A model generated the notes under the pieces. The model saw only the letters and a program-made list of their open reading frames with translations. It did no database searches and was not told the origin of the DNA. Positions 1 to 9,109 of a stretch of DNA of 32,000 nucleotides are shown one piece after another. Location of the stretch: NCBI GenBank assembly GCA_003345555.1, contig PRDJ01000057.1, positions 60,001 through 92,000 on the forward strand. The letters run 5' to 3'. The stretch is from Candidatus Thorarchaeota archaeon. Its GTDB lineage: Archaea > Asgardarchaeota > Thorarchaeia > Thorarchaeales > Thorarchaeaceae. The position numbers were made by a program, and so were the translations under genes. Numbering within the stretch: the stretch's first letter is position 1; every line of letters starts with the position of its first letter.

Positions 1-1023
1 GACAGCATGGCTTTTCCAGACCACTTTTCGGGTTTTGTTCCCGAAAGCATCTGGACACCTGACATAACGCCCTTGGCCATGATTCAGCAGTCTCCTCATA
101 CGTTCTTCGAGATGAGCACGATAATGGCAGCATGCGCGGCTGTGACAGAGAGAGTGAAACTCATCTCGTCGGTGACTGAGCCGATAAGACGGAGCCCAGT
201 GCTATTGGCACAGACATTTCTGACGCTTGACCACGTGAGCGGTGGCAGAGCAATTATGGGAATTGGTGCAGGAGAGGTTGAGAACGTCGAGCCCTACGGG
301 TTCAGTTACTCAGGGCAAGTAGGGCGGCTCAAAGAGGCTCTTGAGATCATTGAACGAATCTGGTCGACCCAAGAACCTTTCGACTACGAAGGCCATTTCT
401 ACAAGCTCAAGGATGCCGTCATGTCTCTTCGTCCCGCGATTCAGGATCGTCCTCCTCAGATATGGGTTGCAGCTCATGGTCCGAGAATGCTTGACATTGC
501 GGCGGAGTTTGGTAATGGGTGGATACCTACCTTACTTCGTCCTTCTATCTATGGTCAGAGTCTCAAGAGAATCTTGGGCAATAGGAAGAAGCTTGGAAAG
601 ACCGGCCCATTCACCGCTGCCATATGGAACTGGAGCATTCTCGATGACGATGAATCGGAATGCGAACGTCTGATGCACACTCCTCTTGCCAAAGCGTTCG
701 CATTACTCTATCCGGGAAGCGAGTGGAAGAGACTGGGACATAAGCATCCGTTTGGAGACGATTTCTATCCGCTTCGAGACTATGTTCCGATGCGCTGTGA
801 ACGGGAGAGAGTCCTAAGAGCAATCGAGGAAGTACCTGATGCTGTTCTTCACGAGTTCTACATGTGCGGTTGTTGTGATGACATGATCAAGAAGCTGGAG
901 GAGTACGTCCGACAGGGGCTTCAGCACATCATCCTATGGAACACTACAGGCATGTTCGACCTTGACAAGACACGGTCTTCATACAAGGTAATGAAAGAGG
1001 TTCTCGCCTACGTCAAAGGATAG
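1..1023 (+). CDS. LLM-class flavin/F420-dependent oxidoreductase (luciferase-like), probably 5'-truncated by the window edge
   Basis: Frame 1 is open from base 1 (gac agc atg = DSMAFPDHF), matching the LLM N-terminal 'DSvw.pDH' motif, so the true start is probably upstream. Further LLM motifs: TLDHVSGGRAIMGIGAG, PPQIWVAAHGPRMLDIAAEFGNGW. Confidence 0.85.
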   Translation, partial: DSMAFPDHFSGFVPESIWTPDITPLAMIQQSPHTFFEMSTIMAACAAVTERVKLISSVTEPIRRSPVLLAQTFLTLDHVSGGRAIMGIGAGEVENVEPYGFSYSGQVGRLKEALEIIERIWSTQEPFDYEGHFYKLKDAVMSLRPAIQDRPPQIWVAAHGPRMLDIAAEFGNGWIPTLLRPSIYGQSLKRILGNRKKLGKTGPFTAAIWNWSILDDDESECERLMHTPLAKAFALLYPGSEWKRLGHKHPFGDDFYPLRDYVPMRCERERVLRAIEEVPDAVLHEFYMCGCCDDMIKKLEEYVRQGLQHIILWNTTGMFDLDKTRSSYKVMKEVLAYVKG

Positions 1024-1024
1024 T

Positions 1025-1573
1025 ATGATCGTGGTCACGGGGAACCCGCACAAGCTACTTGAGATACGGCCACTCTTCGAGAAACATGGGATACGGATTG
1101 AGGTCTCACAAGTTGACAAGATGGAAGTCAAGTCTGATGATGTTGTTGTAGTAGCACGTGAGGCTGCAAAGGCGGCCTATCGTGTCCTCAAGCGTCCGCT
1201 CGTCATCGATGATACGGGTCTTTACATATCTGCATTGAGCGGTTTTCCCGGGGCTTACGCGTCATTTGTGCAGAAGACAATCGGTAACCTTGGTATTCTC
1301 AAGCTCATGGAGGGGATTACCGATAGGACAGCGAACTTTGTCACAGCAGCGGCCTATGCGGATGGCAAGAATATCGAAGCATTCGTAGGTGAAATGCCCG
1401 GTCGAATCGCGCTTGCGCCATCAGGTAGAGAGGGTTTTGGGTATGATCCAATCTTCATCTGTGATGGTGAGATGCGAACATATGCCGAGATGAGTTTCTC
1501 GGAGAAGGTTGCAGTATCGCACAGGACCAAGGCGTTTGCTTCGTTACTTGACTGGTACGACCGAGTTCGCTAA
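1025..1573 (+). CDS. rdgB: Non-canonical purine NTP pyrophosphatase (RdgB/HAM1, XTP/dITP diphosphatase)
   Basis: VTGNPHK, DDTGLYISALSGFPGAY, GFGYDPIF and SHR motifs. Confidence 0.95.
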   Translation: MIVVTGNPHKLLEIRPLFEKHGIRIEVSQVDKMEVKSDDVVVVAREAAKAAYRVLKRPLVIDDTGLYISALSGFPGAYASFVQKTIGNLGILKLMEGITDRTANFVTAAAYADGKNIEAFVGEMPGRIALAPSGREGFGYDPIFICDGEMRTYAEMSFSEKVAVSHRTKAFASLLDWYDRVR

Positions 1574-1612
1574 CAACGCTTAAGACAGGGGTCAGTAGTA
1601 ACATCTCTGCTG

Positions 1613-2389
1613 GTGCACCTATTGTCTGCTAGCGAGAAGGCAGTGAGGGCTCTGAAGAACTTGGGTCTCACTGAATACGAGACTGCTTCCTACTTGGCTC
1701 TTGTTGAAAAGGGTCCCATGTCAGCATCTGAGATAAGCACAAAGTCACTCGTGCCATACTCACGAATATACGACGTGCTGACCCGGCTTGAGGAGAAAGG
1801 CTTCATACAAGTGAGGCGTGCTCGTCCGACCGTGTATGTTGCGAAAGCACCCACCGAAGTTGTACGCCTCGTTCGGTTGGCATGGGAGGACAAGATTGAC
1901 AAGTCAAGCAAGGTAGTAGTCGGAGAGCTTCAGCCGCGTTTCGAACGAGAGGTCCAAGCAACGACCCGAGACGTCTGGGTCATGCATGGCAAAGCGTCCA
2001 TTCTGGCAAAAGCCATCGAGATGCTGACCTCCGCTAGGGAGGAAATCAAGTTATCCATTCCACATCTTGACCCAGACTCTGGTGATATTGCCTCGCTCGC
2101 TGACAGAGTTCTTCAGGTCAAGACGGAGAGAGTCTACATTCTGACATCTCAGGTTGCTGAATCGGTTAGAAACCTGATTCCGAGCAACTTCGAAATCAGA
2201 ATCCGACATGTGTTCGGGGCTGGGCTTGTTGTCGACGGGCGGGAGACACTGATAATGCTCGCAGGTGCGACCGAGGACTGGGACTCAGAGTTCTTAGGTG
2301 TATACTCGAGTCATGCCGTATTCGCAGCTATGGGTGGCGCGTATTTCGATAGTCTATATGCTTCCTCGCAGCCCTTCAAGACACGCTAG
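1613..2389 (+). CDS. TrmB-family transcriptional regulator
   Basis: N-terminal LGLTEYE..SYLAL...SAseIS..S.VPYSRIYDVL..LEEKG wHTH plus a C-terminal effector domain. GTG start; TATA-like cttaag near 1579-1584. Confidence 0.9.
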   Translation: MHLLSASEKAVRALKNLGLTEYETASYLALVEKGPMSASEISTKSLVPYSRIYDVLTRLEEKGFIQVRRARPTVYVAKAPTEVVRLVRLAWEDKIDKSSKVVVGELQPRFEREVQATTRDVWVMHGKASILAKAIEMLTSAREEIKLSIPHLDPDSGDIASLADRVLQVKTERVYILTSQVAESVRNLIPSNFEIRIRHVFGAGLVVDGRETLIMLAGATEDWDSEFLGVYSSHAVFAAMGGAYFDSLYASSQPFKTR

Positions 2390-2464
2390 TCGTTTAAATC
2401 AAAGGCATAGCACTACCAATCGGCATAATGCAAAGCGGCAGAGCGGATTGCCGAAAAGGACTTG

Positions 2465-3841
2465 ATGTCAGTGCCGGAAAGCGACATCTCTCAGGACCTA
2501 GGAGCTGGTCTCTCGCCTTCCGCGAAAGCCTTGCTTCAGGTGCTTGCACGTATGGAGCTTGGAGAAGAGACCGAGGTTTTCCAAGAGAACCCCGACACAA
2601 GAAACCTCAGTATGATGGTTAGTACATTTCGCGGAAGTCTACCGTCGGCCCTCCAGAGACGACTAGCAGGTCTCCCGGGAGTGGGCAGGTTCTCTACAAT
2701 CACACAGAACGACCTCATTTCGTTAGTCACCGAACTCTGGGCAGACAACCTATCGCGTTTCAGCGGCACCGAGATTGCAGTATTGAAGGCTTATGCAGAG
2801 ACACCTAGTGTGAGTCTGAATGATTTGGCAACGAAGATGCACATGAGTTACCCACAGGCAAGGAGGGCCTACAAGAGACTGCGAGATTCAGGCGTTCTAC
2901 AGGTAAGAGGGCTGCTGAATATCGATCAATATGGAATAGAGCGGATGCTACTGGCTCTCAAATCGCCCAGTCTCGCTATTAGCGGACCATACGTGGAAAA
3001 ATCGCTCTTTATCGATGGCCCTTCACCCTCCGCATATCTCGTTACTGCTCATCCCACAGAACGAAAGGAGGAGTTCCTTCAATTGGTCAAGACCTTGAGG
3101 AGTGCAGCGGATGGGGTTTCGCTTTGGCATCTGTCAAAAGGCAAAGTTGGATTCTCAGATGCATACCTTCATCCCGGAAGAGGACAATGGAAACTAGACT
3201 CTCTTCAGTTTCGCTTGGCATGTCGTGGTGGTGGAGATTCCATTGTGCTTGGTGAGTCCACTTCCCCGCCCGCAGGTGCCCCTAATCCCACACCAGCTGA
3301 GCTTCCGATAATCGATCAACTCCGTATGAATTATGAGTGTACAGCAGCAGAGGTCGTGGCATCGACAGGAGTGTCTGAGAGCACTGCGTTCAGGAAGTGT
3401 CGAGAACTGAGAGAGAGCGGCCTTGTCGAACCCCGGGCACAGATTGCCATCCCAAACCTCACAGAACATGTACTTGCTGTGGTCTCCCCAAGTGCCGCTG
3501 ATGACGTGGTACGCGCTTGGAAAGCTCTACCGGTGACCTACGTCACAAAGATTCGGAACATTGAGAACCCGGCAGAGAACAGAATACTGCTTATTGCTGC
3601 TCTTCCACGAGGTACAAGCAGAGACCTTGTGAGTATATTACACTCTGAGTTCAGCCGCGCCGACAACTATGTGGCTCAGATCGTGTCTGCAGGAACCGAG
3701 AGTTTCGTCTCGACAGCTGCGATGTTCGACCGGAAGAGCAGGTCTTGGCGATGGAGTCAAGGAGACTTCTTTGATGTTCGGTCATACGGTGTTGTTCGAA
3801 ATGAGGCAGAGACAAGCAAGGTCCCGATTGACTTGGCTTAA
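2465..3841 (+). CDS. Tandem (two-module) Lrp/AsnC-like winged-helix regulator
   Basis: Two Lrp-type HTH segments: VSLNDLATKMHMSYPQARRAYKRLRDSG and TAAEVVASTGVSESTAFRKCRELRESG, each followed by a ~100-aa alpha/beta region. ATG 2465 (TTG 2462 is an alternative); TATA-like tttaaat near 2394-2400. Confidence 0.65.
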   Translation: MSVPESDISQDLGAGLSPSAKALLQVLARMELGEETEVFQENPDTRNLSMMVSTFRGSLPSALQRRLAGLPGVGRFSTITQNDLISLVTELWADNLSRFSGTEIAVLKAYAETPSVSLNDLATKMHMSYPQARRAYKRLRDSGVLQVRGLLNIDQYGIERMLLALKSPSLAISGPYVEKSLFIDGPSPSAYLVTAHPTERKEEFLQLVKTLRSAADGVSLWHLSKGKVGFSDAYLHPGRGQWKLDSLQFRLACRGGGDSIVLGESTSPPAGAPNPTPAELPIIDQLRMNYECTAAEVVASTGVSESTAFRKCRELRESGLVEPRAQIAIPNLTEHVLAVVSPSAADDVVRAWKALPVTYVTKIRNIENPAENRILLIAALPRGTSRDLVSILHSEFSRADNYVAQIVSAGTESFVSTAAMFDRKSRSWRWSQGDFFDVRSYGVVRNEAETSKVPIDLA

Positions 3842-3901
3842 TGTGAGGCAGAGGCACAAGCGATATCTGCACTAGCATGTCCCAGTAGTCCGGTCCTGTC
3901 G

Positions 3902-4837
3902 ATGTTGCGAGTTGTCTTCCTAGGCACGGGGGGTTCAATGCCAACCGAAGGAAGGAACTTGCCAGCATTTGCGGCAGAATTCAACGGTTGGGTTCTGCTG
4001 TTTGACAGCGGTGAGGACATACAGCGGCAGATAGGTCGAGCAGGAATTGGTCTGAACAAACGTATGTGCGTATTCATTACGCACATGCATGCTGATCACA
4101 TCTTGGGTCTCCCGGGTCTTCTTCTCCGTTTATCGCTGCTTGGCCGCATAAGACCTCTCAGAATTTTCGGCCCTGAAGGATTGATTGAGTATGTCAAGAT
4201 GAACCAAGAAACAATCAACCTCGGAACGACTTTCGAAGCAACCGTTCAAACGATCAAGACGGGGCTCATATTCTCAGCAGAAGATCTGTCGGTCAACGCC
4301 TTCGAGGTTGATCATAGAGGGACTGCATTTGGTTATAGAATGACCTATCAACGCCCCACAGGCAAGTTTCTGCCAGAAAGGGCTCTCAATCTCGGTGTGC
4401 CCCGGGGTCCTCTCTGGAAGGCTCTGGCCTCCGGGGACTCCGTGACGCTTGATGATGGACGACTAGTGACCCCCGAAGAGGTTACAGGTCCGAAGCCTCG
4501 GCCCCTTACTCTTGTATACTCAGGAGACACAAGGCCCTGTCAGGCCCTAAGGGATGCCGCGGCCGGATCGGATTTGATGATTTGCGAGGCGATGTACACT
4601 TCTGACGAAGCTGGCATTGCCCATGAAAGGGGTCATATGACAGCAGAATCCGCGGCTCAGATTGCTCTTGAGGCTGATGTCCGTTTACTCGCGCTAACGC
4701 ACTATAGCCCAAGGTACGGTGACGGCTCAGTCATTCTCGCTGAGGCGTCTGCGATTTTCCCTCGGACAATCTTAGCGCGCGACTTGATGCGTATTGAACT
4801 TGGGAACACGGACGAGCCCGTCGTCCTTGAACATTAA
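3902..4837 (+). CDS. rnz: Ribonuclease Z (tRNA 3' endonuclease)
   Basis: FLGTGGSMPT, THMHADH (HxHxDH), GVPRGPLW exosite, YSGDTRP, GH.T and THYSPRY motifs. Confidence 0.96.
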   Translation: MLRVVFLGTGGSMPTEGRNLPAFAAEFNGWVLLFDSGEDIQRQIGRAGIGLNKRMCVFITHMHADHILGLPGLLLRLSLLGRIRPLRIFGPEGLIEYVKMNQETINLGTTFEATVQTIKTGLIFSAEDLSVNAFEVDHRGTAFGYRMTYQRPTGKFLPERALNLGVPRGPLWKALASGDSVTLDDGRLVTPEEVTGPKPRPLTLVYSGDTRPCQALRDAAAGSDLMICEAMYTSDEAGIAHERGHMTAESAAQIALEADVRLLALTHYSPRYGDGSVILAEASAIFPRTILARDLMRIELGNTDEPVVLEH

Positions 4838-4864
4838 GAAGGCGTCACCGCCATCAGAACTGAA

Positions 4865-6070
4865 TCACCCCAGGCCCATTAGGGCGCTCTCCAATGGATG
4901 ATGAATGAGCATCCGTTTCAACATACTGTTTCTCGATTTCTGAGCGGATCTCGAACCGGCAACGAATTGGATGATTAAATCACGTATGATTCGATCTTTC
5001 TGAGCAACCTCACAGGCGATTTCAAGGCTCCTCGTAGATTTCATCAGTCTGCGCGCAATGAACTCTGCTGATTCAAGCTCAGGTATCAGCTCCTTTCTCA
5101 TTCTTTGCGAGAATGCTAGCACCTCTTGAGCATTCTTGGATTCTATCGCCTGCACTGATACATCAGCTGCGATTGACCCCGAAACGATAGCATAGTAGAT
5201 GCCTTCTCCTGTCAAAGGGGATGCCAAGCCAGCAGCATCTCCTGTCAGCATTATTCTACGACCGACGAGACTCCATTCAGGATATCCGACCGGCACTTTG
5301 AATGTATCTTCTACTGCTGGTCTAATTGAAAGGCCCTTTTCCTCGTTTATCCTCTTCAGAAACCTCATCCATGCTACTTGCAGATTTCGCATCCTGTCCA
5401 TTCTACATCCTATTCCGATGCAGACGGATTCAGCCTTGGGAAAGCACCATCCATACCCCCAGTCTACTGTTCCAAGATAGAATTCCATCGCAAGCTCATC
5501 GGACTCTCCATCGACAGCAGTTAGCTTTCGAATATCAGCTTCATCCATGCTGACATCTGCAGCCATACAGAGAGCCATTCGGTTGGGCGGCCAGCTAGAC
5601 CTAATCCCACTCTCTCGCGCAACAATCCCCTCTGCACCGTCCGCACCAACAAGAAGATGCGACTCATACGAGTCTCCTCGACAGAGAGCTCGCACCGCAC
5701 TTCGTGTCTGCTGCAATGCTACTACTTCGCTATCCTGGATAACTTGGGCTCCAGCCTCTTCGGCTTTCTGCACCAAGTAGCTATCAAACCGATTCCTCCT
5801 AATCATATAGCTAGAAAGCCCGTGATTTGTAACGAGGAAGTTCCTGCCAGAAGGAGCATGTATCCTTGCGCTGTGCACTTCCCGATCTAGGACAGGTCTG
5901 ATATCGAAGCCAAGAGCCTTTGGCACACGAGGATTGAGCGCTCCTCCACATAGCTTCTCCCTCGGGTGTCTCGATTTTTCCAGAAGCAGTACGTCGAGAC
6001 CTCTTAGGGCGGCCTTTCTGGCACAAGTTGCACCGGCAGGTCCGCTCCCCACGACTATAAGGTCTCTCAT
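4865..6070 (-). CDS. Geranylgeranyl reductase family FAD-dependent oxidoreductase
   Basis: Minus strand although the track says +: 6061-6070 ggtctctcat reverse-complements to ATG AGA GAC (MRD), and tca at 4865-4867 is the TGA stop. Motifs GSGPAGA, KLCGG, VGADG, GYGWCFPK, GDAAGLASPLTGEGIYYA. Confidence 0.92.
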   Translation of the reverse strand: MRDLIVVGSGPAGATCARKAALRGLDVLLLEKSRHPREKLCGGALNPRVPKALGFDIRPVLDREVHSARIHAPSGRNFLVTNHGLSSYMIRRNRFDSYLVQKAEEAGAQVIQDSEVVALQQTRSAVRALCRGDSYESHLLVGADGAEGIVARESGIRSSWPPNRMALCMAADVSMDEADIRKLTAVDGESDELAMEFYLGTVDWGYGWCFPKAESVCIGIGCRMDRMRNLQVAWMRFLKRINEEKGLSIRPAVEDTFKVPVGYPEWSLVGRRIMLTGDAAGLASPLTGEGIYYAIVSGSIAADVSVQAIESKNAQEVLAFSQRMRKELIPELESAEFIARRLMKSTRSLEIACEVAQKDRIIRDLIIQFVAGSRSAQKSRNSMLKRMLIHHPLESALMGLG

Positions 6071-6138
6071 GTGGAATCCCTTGTGGTTGACACCATATCT
6101 TTAGCGCAACATCAATAAATCGATGTTCACTGACGCTG

Positions 6139-7203
6139 ATGAGGGTGTTCTTAGCGTTGACGAAGGATGCACCGCAGGTATGCCTCATAACCACAGGCGG
6201 CACGATATCTAGTGTGTATGACCCGAGCATTCAGGCGCTACGACCGGGCCTATCGGTTGATGCTCTCCTTGCGGGTCTTCCAAGGGGCATGGGGAATATC
6301 ACGGTTGTGAAGAGAGAGCTATTCCAGCTGGACTCTGCAAATGCACAGCCGCACCATTGGCAAGAAATCGCCAGCGCAGTAAGGGCGGCCTATGATGAGA
6401 TGCCTGACATGGACGGAGTAGTCGTAACTCACGGGACTGATACCATGGTCTATTCAGCATCGGCACTTTCTTTCATGATACAGGACTTCGGGAAGCCGAT
6501 TGTCTTCACAGGTTCCCAGATTCCTGCCTCCACCCCTTGGAGCGACGGACCGCGAAATCTGATTGACTCTCTCCGTGTAGCTGCATTTGGCGATTTGGGC
6601 GAGGCATGTATAGTCTTCAACGGCGAGATTCACAGGCCCACAAGAGCGAAGAAGGTCCGAGTGATGTCCTATGACGCCTTCGATTCAGTTGATCCTTCTC
6701 CTCTCGGAATGCTGGCACGAGACATAATCCTGTACGAGGGGCGGAAGAAACGCCGCAACATTGTTCCGCGGTTCGACACTCGATTGGACGACCGCGTGTT
6801 TCTTCTGAAGGTCTTTCCGGGAATGCCTCCTGGAATCCTTTCAAAGATAGTGGATATGGGCTATCATGGGATCGTGATTGAGGGCTTCGGAGCTGGGAAC
6901 ATACCAACCGAGGAGAACGCATTGACGGGTTCGATCATGCAGGCCGTGTCCCGCGACTGTTTCGTCGTAGTGAGCTCGCAGTGTGCATTCGGCCAAGCAG
7001 ACCCGATGACTTACGAAGTTGGACGAGTCGCACTTGACGTTGGAGCCATGAGCGCCTACGACATGACATCTGAGGCCGCACTTGTCAAGCTCTCCTGGGT
7101 GCTAGGCCATACACGGGATCCGGACCGAGTACGTGAAATGATGCTTACGGATTACACCGGTGAGCTGTCTTTCAGAGAAACGCTGTCTTCTTCAACGAAG
7201 TAA
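6139..7203 (+). CDS. ansA: L-asparaginase type I
   Basis: TTGGTIS, HGTDTM, TGSQIP and GFGAGN motifs. The real start may be TTG at 6157. Confidence 0.9.
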   Translation: MRVFLALTKDAPQVCLITTGGTISSVYDPSIQALRPGLSVDALLAGLPRGMGNITVVKRELFQLDSANAQPHHWQEIASAVRAAYDEMPDMDGVVVTHGTDTMVYSASALSFMIQDFGKPIVFTGSQIPASTPWSDGPRNLIDSLRVAAFGDLGEACIVFNGEIHRPTRAKKVRVMSYDAFDSVDPSPLGMLARDIILYEGRKKRRNIVPRFDTRLDDRVFLLKVFPGMPPGILSKIVDMGYHGIVIEGFGAGNIPTEENALTGSIMQAVSRDCFVVVSSQCAFGQADPMTYEVGRVALDVGAMSAYDMTSEAALVKLSWVLGHTRDPDRVREMMLTDYTGELSFRETLSSSTK

Positions 7204-7231
7204 TCTCACATATGCTCGCATCATCATCATG

Positions 7232-7238
7232 CTTAAAT
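7232..7238 (+). promoter_or_regulatory. TATA box of the tRNA-Ser gene
   Basis: cttaaat about 28-34 nt upstream of the mature tRNA 5' end. Confidence 0.55.
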
Positions 7239-7265
7239 GGAACTCTCCATGCGTGTTCTTATGAT

Positions 7266-7384
7266 GCCCAGGTAGCCAAGCGGTCACGGCGGTAGCCTGG
7301 AGTCGTCCCTCTACGTAATATATGGGAAACCGAAAGCTACTCTCCTTCTAGGAGACACGAGTTCGAATCTCGCCCTGGGCGCCA
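7266..7384 (+). tRNA. tRNA-Ser(GGA) with a ~32-nt intron at position 37/38 (7303-7334) and encoded CCA
   Basis: Acceptor stem GCCCAGG/CCTGGGC, discriminator G, then CCA. D arm GCC..GGC. Anticodon stem GTAGC/GCTAC with CT-GGA. Long variable arm TCTCC-TTCTA-GGAGA. T loop GTTCGAATC. Lies upstream of rps13, the usual archaeal context. Confidence 0.93.
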
Positions 7385-7440
7385 TCTATCATATCGCTTT
7401 TCTAGAGATGAGGCCAAGAATGCAATCTGCCCGATGATAA

Positions 7441-7450
7441 CCGTTATAAG
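7441..7450 (+). promoter_or_regulatory. TATA box for rps13-rps4-rps11
   Basis: ccgttataag about 55-65 nt upstream of the rps13 ATG. Confidence 0.5.
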
Positions 7451-7504
7451 CCGACTCCAAGAAGCGAACAGAGCCTCAGGTCAGATGGGATGACGTAGTA
7501 TACA

Positions 7505-7957
7505 ATGTCCGAGCGAGAATACAGGCACATCATACGTGTAGCCGGTACTGACATAGATGGACAACAGAACCTTCTCCAAGGTCTCACTAGGGTTAGGGGA
7601 GTGGGTCTAAGGTTGTCAAAGACAGCCATTGCTAGGTTGAATCTGAATCCAACATCTCGCCTCGGCTACCTCACGGATTCAGAGGTTCACAAGATTGAGA
7701 AGCTCCTCAACGATCCGAGTACTGCCGGATTCCCTATCTGGTATGTGAACCGGCCGAAAGATCGTAGCAGTGGCAGAACGCTTCATCTAATAGGGCCAGA
7801 CTTGGACTTCGCCCACCGTAGCGACATCGATCGTCTCAAGAGAATCAAGTCATGGCGTGGAATCAGGCACTCTTTCAACTTGAAGTCTAGAGGACAGCAT
7901 ACACGGTCGACCGGGCGGCACGGAGTTGCCGTTGGTGTGTCAAGGGAGAAGAAGTAG
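7505..7957 (+). CDS. rps13: 30S ribosomal protein uS13
   Basis: EYRHIIRVAGTDIDG, RVRGVG and WRGIRHSFNLKSRGQHTRSTGR. Confidence 0.97.
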   Translation: MSEREYRHIIRVAGTDIDGQQNLLQGLTRVRGVGLRLSKTAIARLNLNPTSRLGYLTDSEVHKIEKLLNDPSTAGFPIWYVNRPKDRSSGRTLHLIGPDLDFAHRSDIDRLKRIKSWRGIRHSFNLKSRGQHTRSTGRHGVAVGVSREKK

Positions 7958-7972
7958 TCGGAGGAATCAGCG

Positions 7973-8659
7973 ATGGGGGATCCACGTCGACCGAGAAAAC
8001 AATACGCGACGCCAAAGCGCCCATATGAAACTGACAGGCTTGAGCAGGAGCTCCAGCTGATTGGTTCTTACGGACTGAGAAACAAGAGGGAACTGTGGAG
8101 ACACAGGGCCGCATTGTCGAACTACAGAAGAGCGGCAAGAAGCCTGCTCGCTCTACCGCCCGCCGACCGTGCAAGCCTTGAGAAGGAGATTGTCAACAAG
8201 CTTGTCCGACGAGGGATCCTGAAGAAGGAGCCGACACTCGACAACGTTCTAGATTTGACCCTCCAAGATGTTCTTGAGAGAAGGCTTCAGACCATTGTGT
8301 TTAGGAAAGGGCTTGCCTCTTCGCCATACCATGCTCGACAGCTTGTCGTGCATGGTCACATCGCGCTTGACGGGTCTAGAATCACAACCCCTGGCCGGAT
8401 TGTCACAGTCACAGAAGAAGACAGAATCGGATATGCGGGCAACTCTCCCCTGAATGATGCTGCTCATCCTGCGAGGGTTGCTGCAACGAAGGCAGCCCAA
8501 AGGGCCACAATGCCGCCTGAAGAGGCTGCAGAGGCGCGCGAGGAAGGTCCTCGTCGACCACCTCGTGAGAAGGCCGTGAAGGTCAAGGAGGGGTACAAAG
8601 AGGACATTGCAGCCGAGGCAGTAGAGGAAGAAGAGGGCGGAGGCGCGGAAGATGAGTAG
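7973..8659 (+). CDS. rps4: 30S ribosomal protein uS4 with a C-terminal acidic extension
   Basis: [59 protein letters not shown] upstream. Confidence 0.97.
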   Translation: MGDPRRPRKQYATPKRPYETDRLEQELQLIGSYGLRNKRELWRHRAALSNYRRAARSLLALPPADRASLEKEIVNKLVRRGILKKEPTLDNVLDLTLQDVLERRLQTIVFRKGLASSPYHARQLVVHGHIALDGSRITTPGRIVTVTEEDRIGYAGNSPLNDAAHPARVAATKAAQRATMPPEEAAEAREEGPRRPPREKAVKVKEGYKEDIAAEAVEEEEGGGAEDE

Positions 8660-9074
8660 TGAAGAAGAGCGTCCAAAGAGGAGAGATGAGCCTCAGAAGT
8701 GGGGTATTGCTCACATTTTTGCTTCATACAATGATACCATCTGTCACATTACGGACATCACAGGTGCCGAGACAATCGCACGGTCTACGGGCGGCATGAT
8801 GGTCAAGGCTGACCGGAATGAGTCTTCTCCGCACGCTGCAATGCAGGCTGCATTTCAGGCAGCACGTGAGGCAAAGGACAAAGGCATCTACGGAATTCAC
8901 ATACGCGTTCGTGCACCGGGCGGTCATGGTCCAAAGACTCCTGGTCCGGGCGCACAAGCTGCTATTCGTGCCCTAAGCCGAGCGGGTCTGAAGATTGGAA
9001 TCATCGACGAGGTTACACCACTACCTCACGATGGCACAAGGAAGCCCGGCGGGCGTCGAGGCCGCAGAGTCTAG
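8652..9074 (+). CDS. rps11: 30S ribosomal protein uS11
   Basis: [60 protein letters not shown]. Confidence 0.98.
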   Translation: MSSEEERPKRRDEPQKWGIAHIFASYNDTICHITDITGAETIARSTGGMMVKADRNESSPHAAMQAAFQAAREAKDKGIYGIHIRVRAPGGHGPKTPGPGAQAAIRALSRAGLKIGIIDEVTPLPHDGTRKPGGRRGRRV

Positions 9075-9109
9075 GTGCCTACGCTCTGCCATCGGGAACC
9101 GGAGTTACC

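Noticed and set aside
862-885. MCGCCDDM cysteine cluster in the LLM oxidoreductase
   Set aside because: It aligns with the usual C-terminal 'G.pdev' region of LLM enzymes. There is no evidence for a dedicated metal site or selenocysteine recoding.
4865-6070. ORF-track strand label '+' for the 401-aa GGR
   Set aside because: The given protein is encoded by the reverse complement (ATG at 6070-6068, TGA at 4867-4865), so it is annotated on the minus strand.
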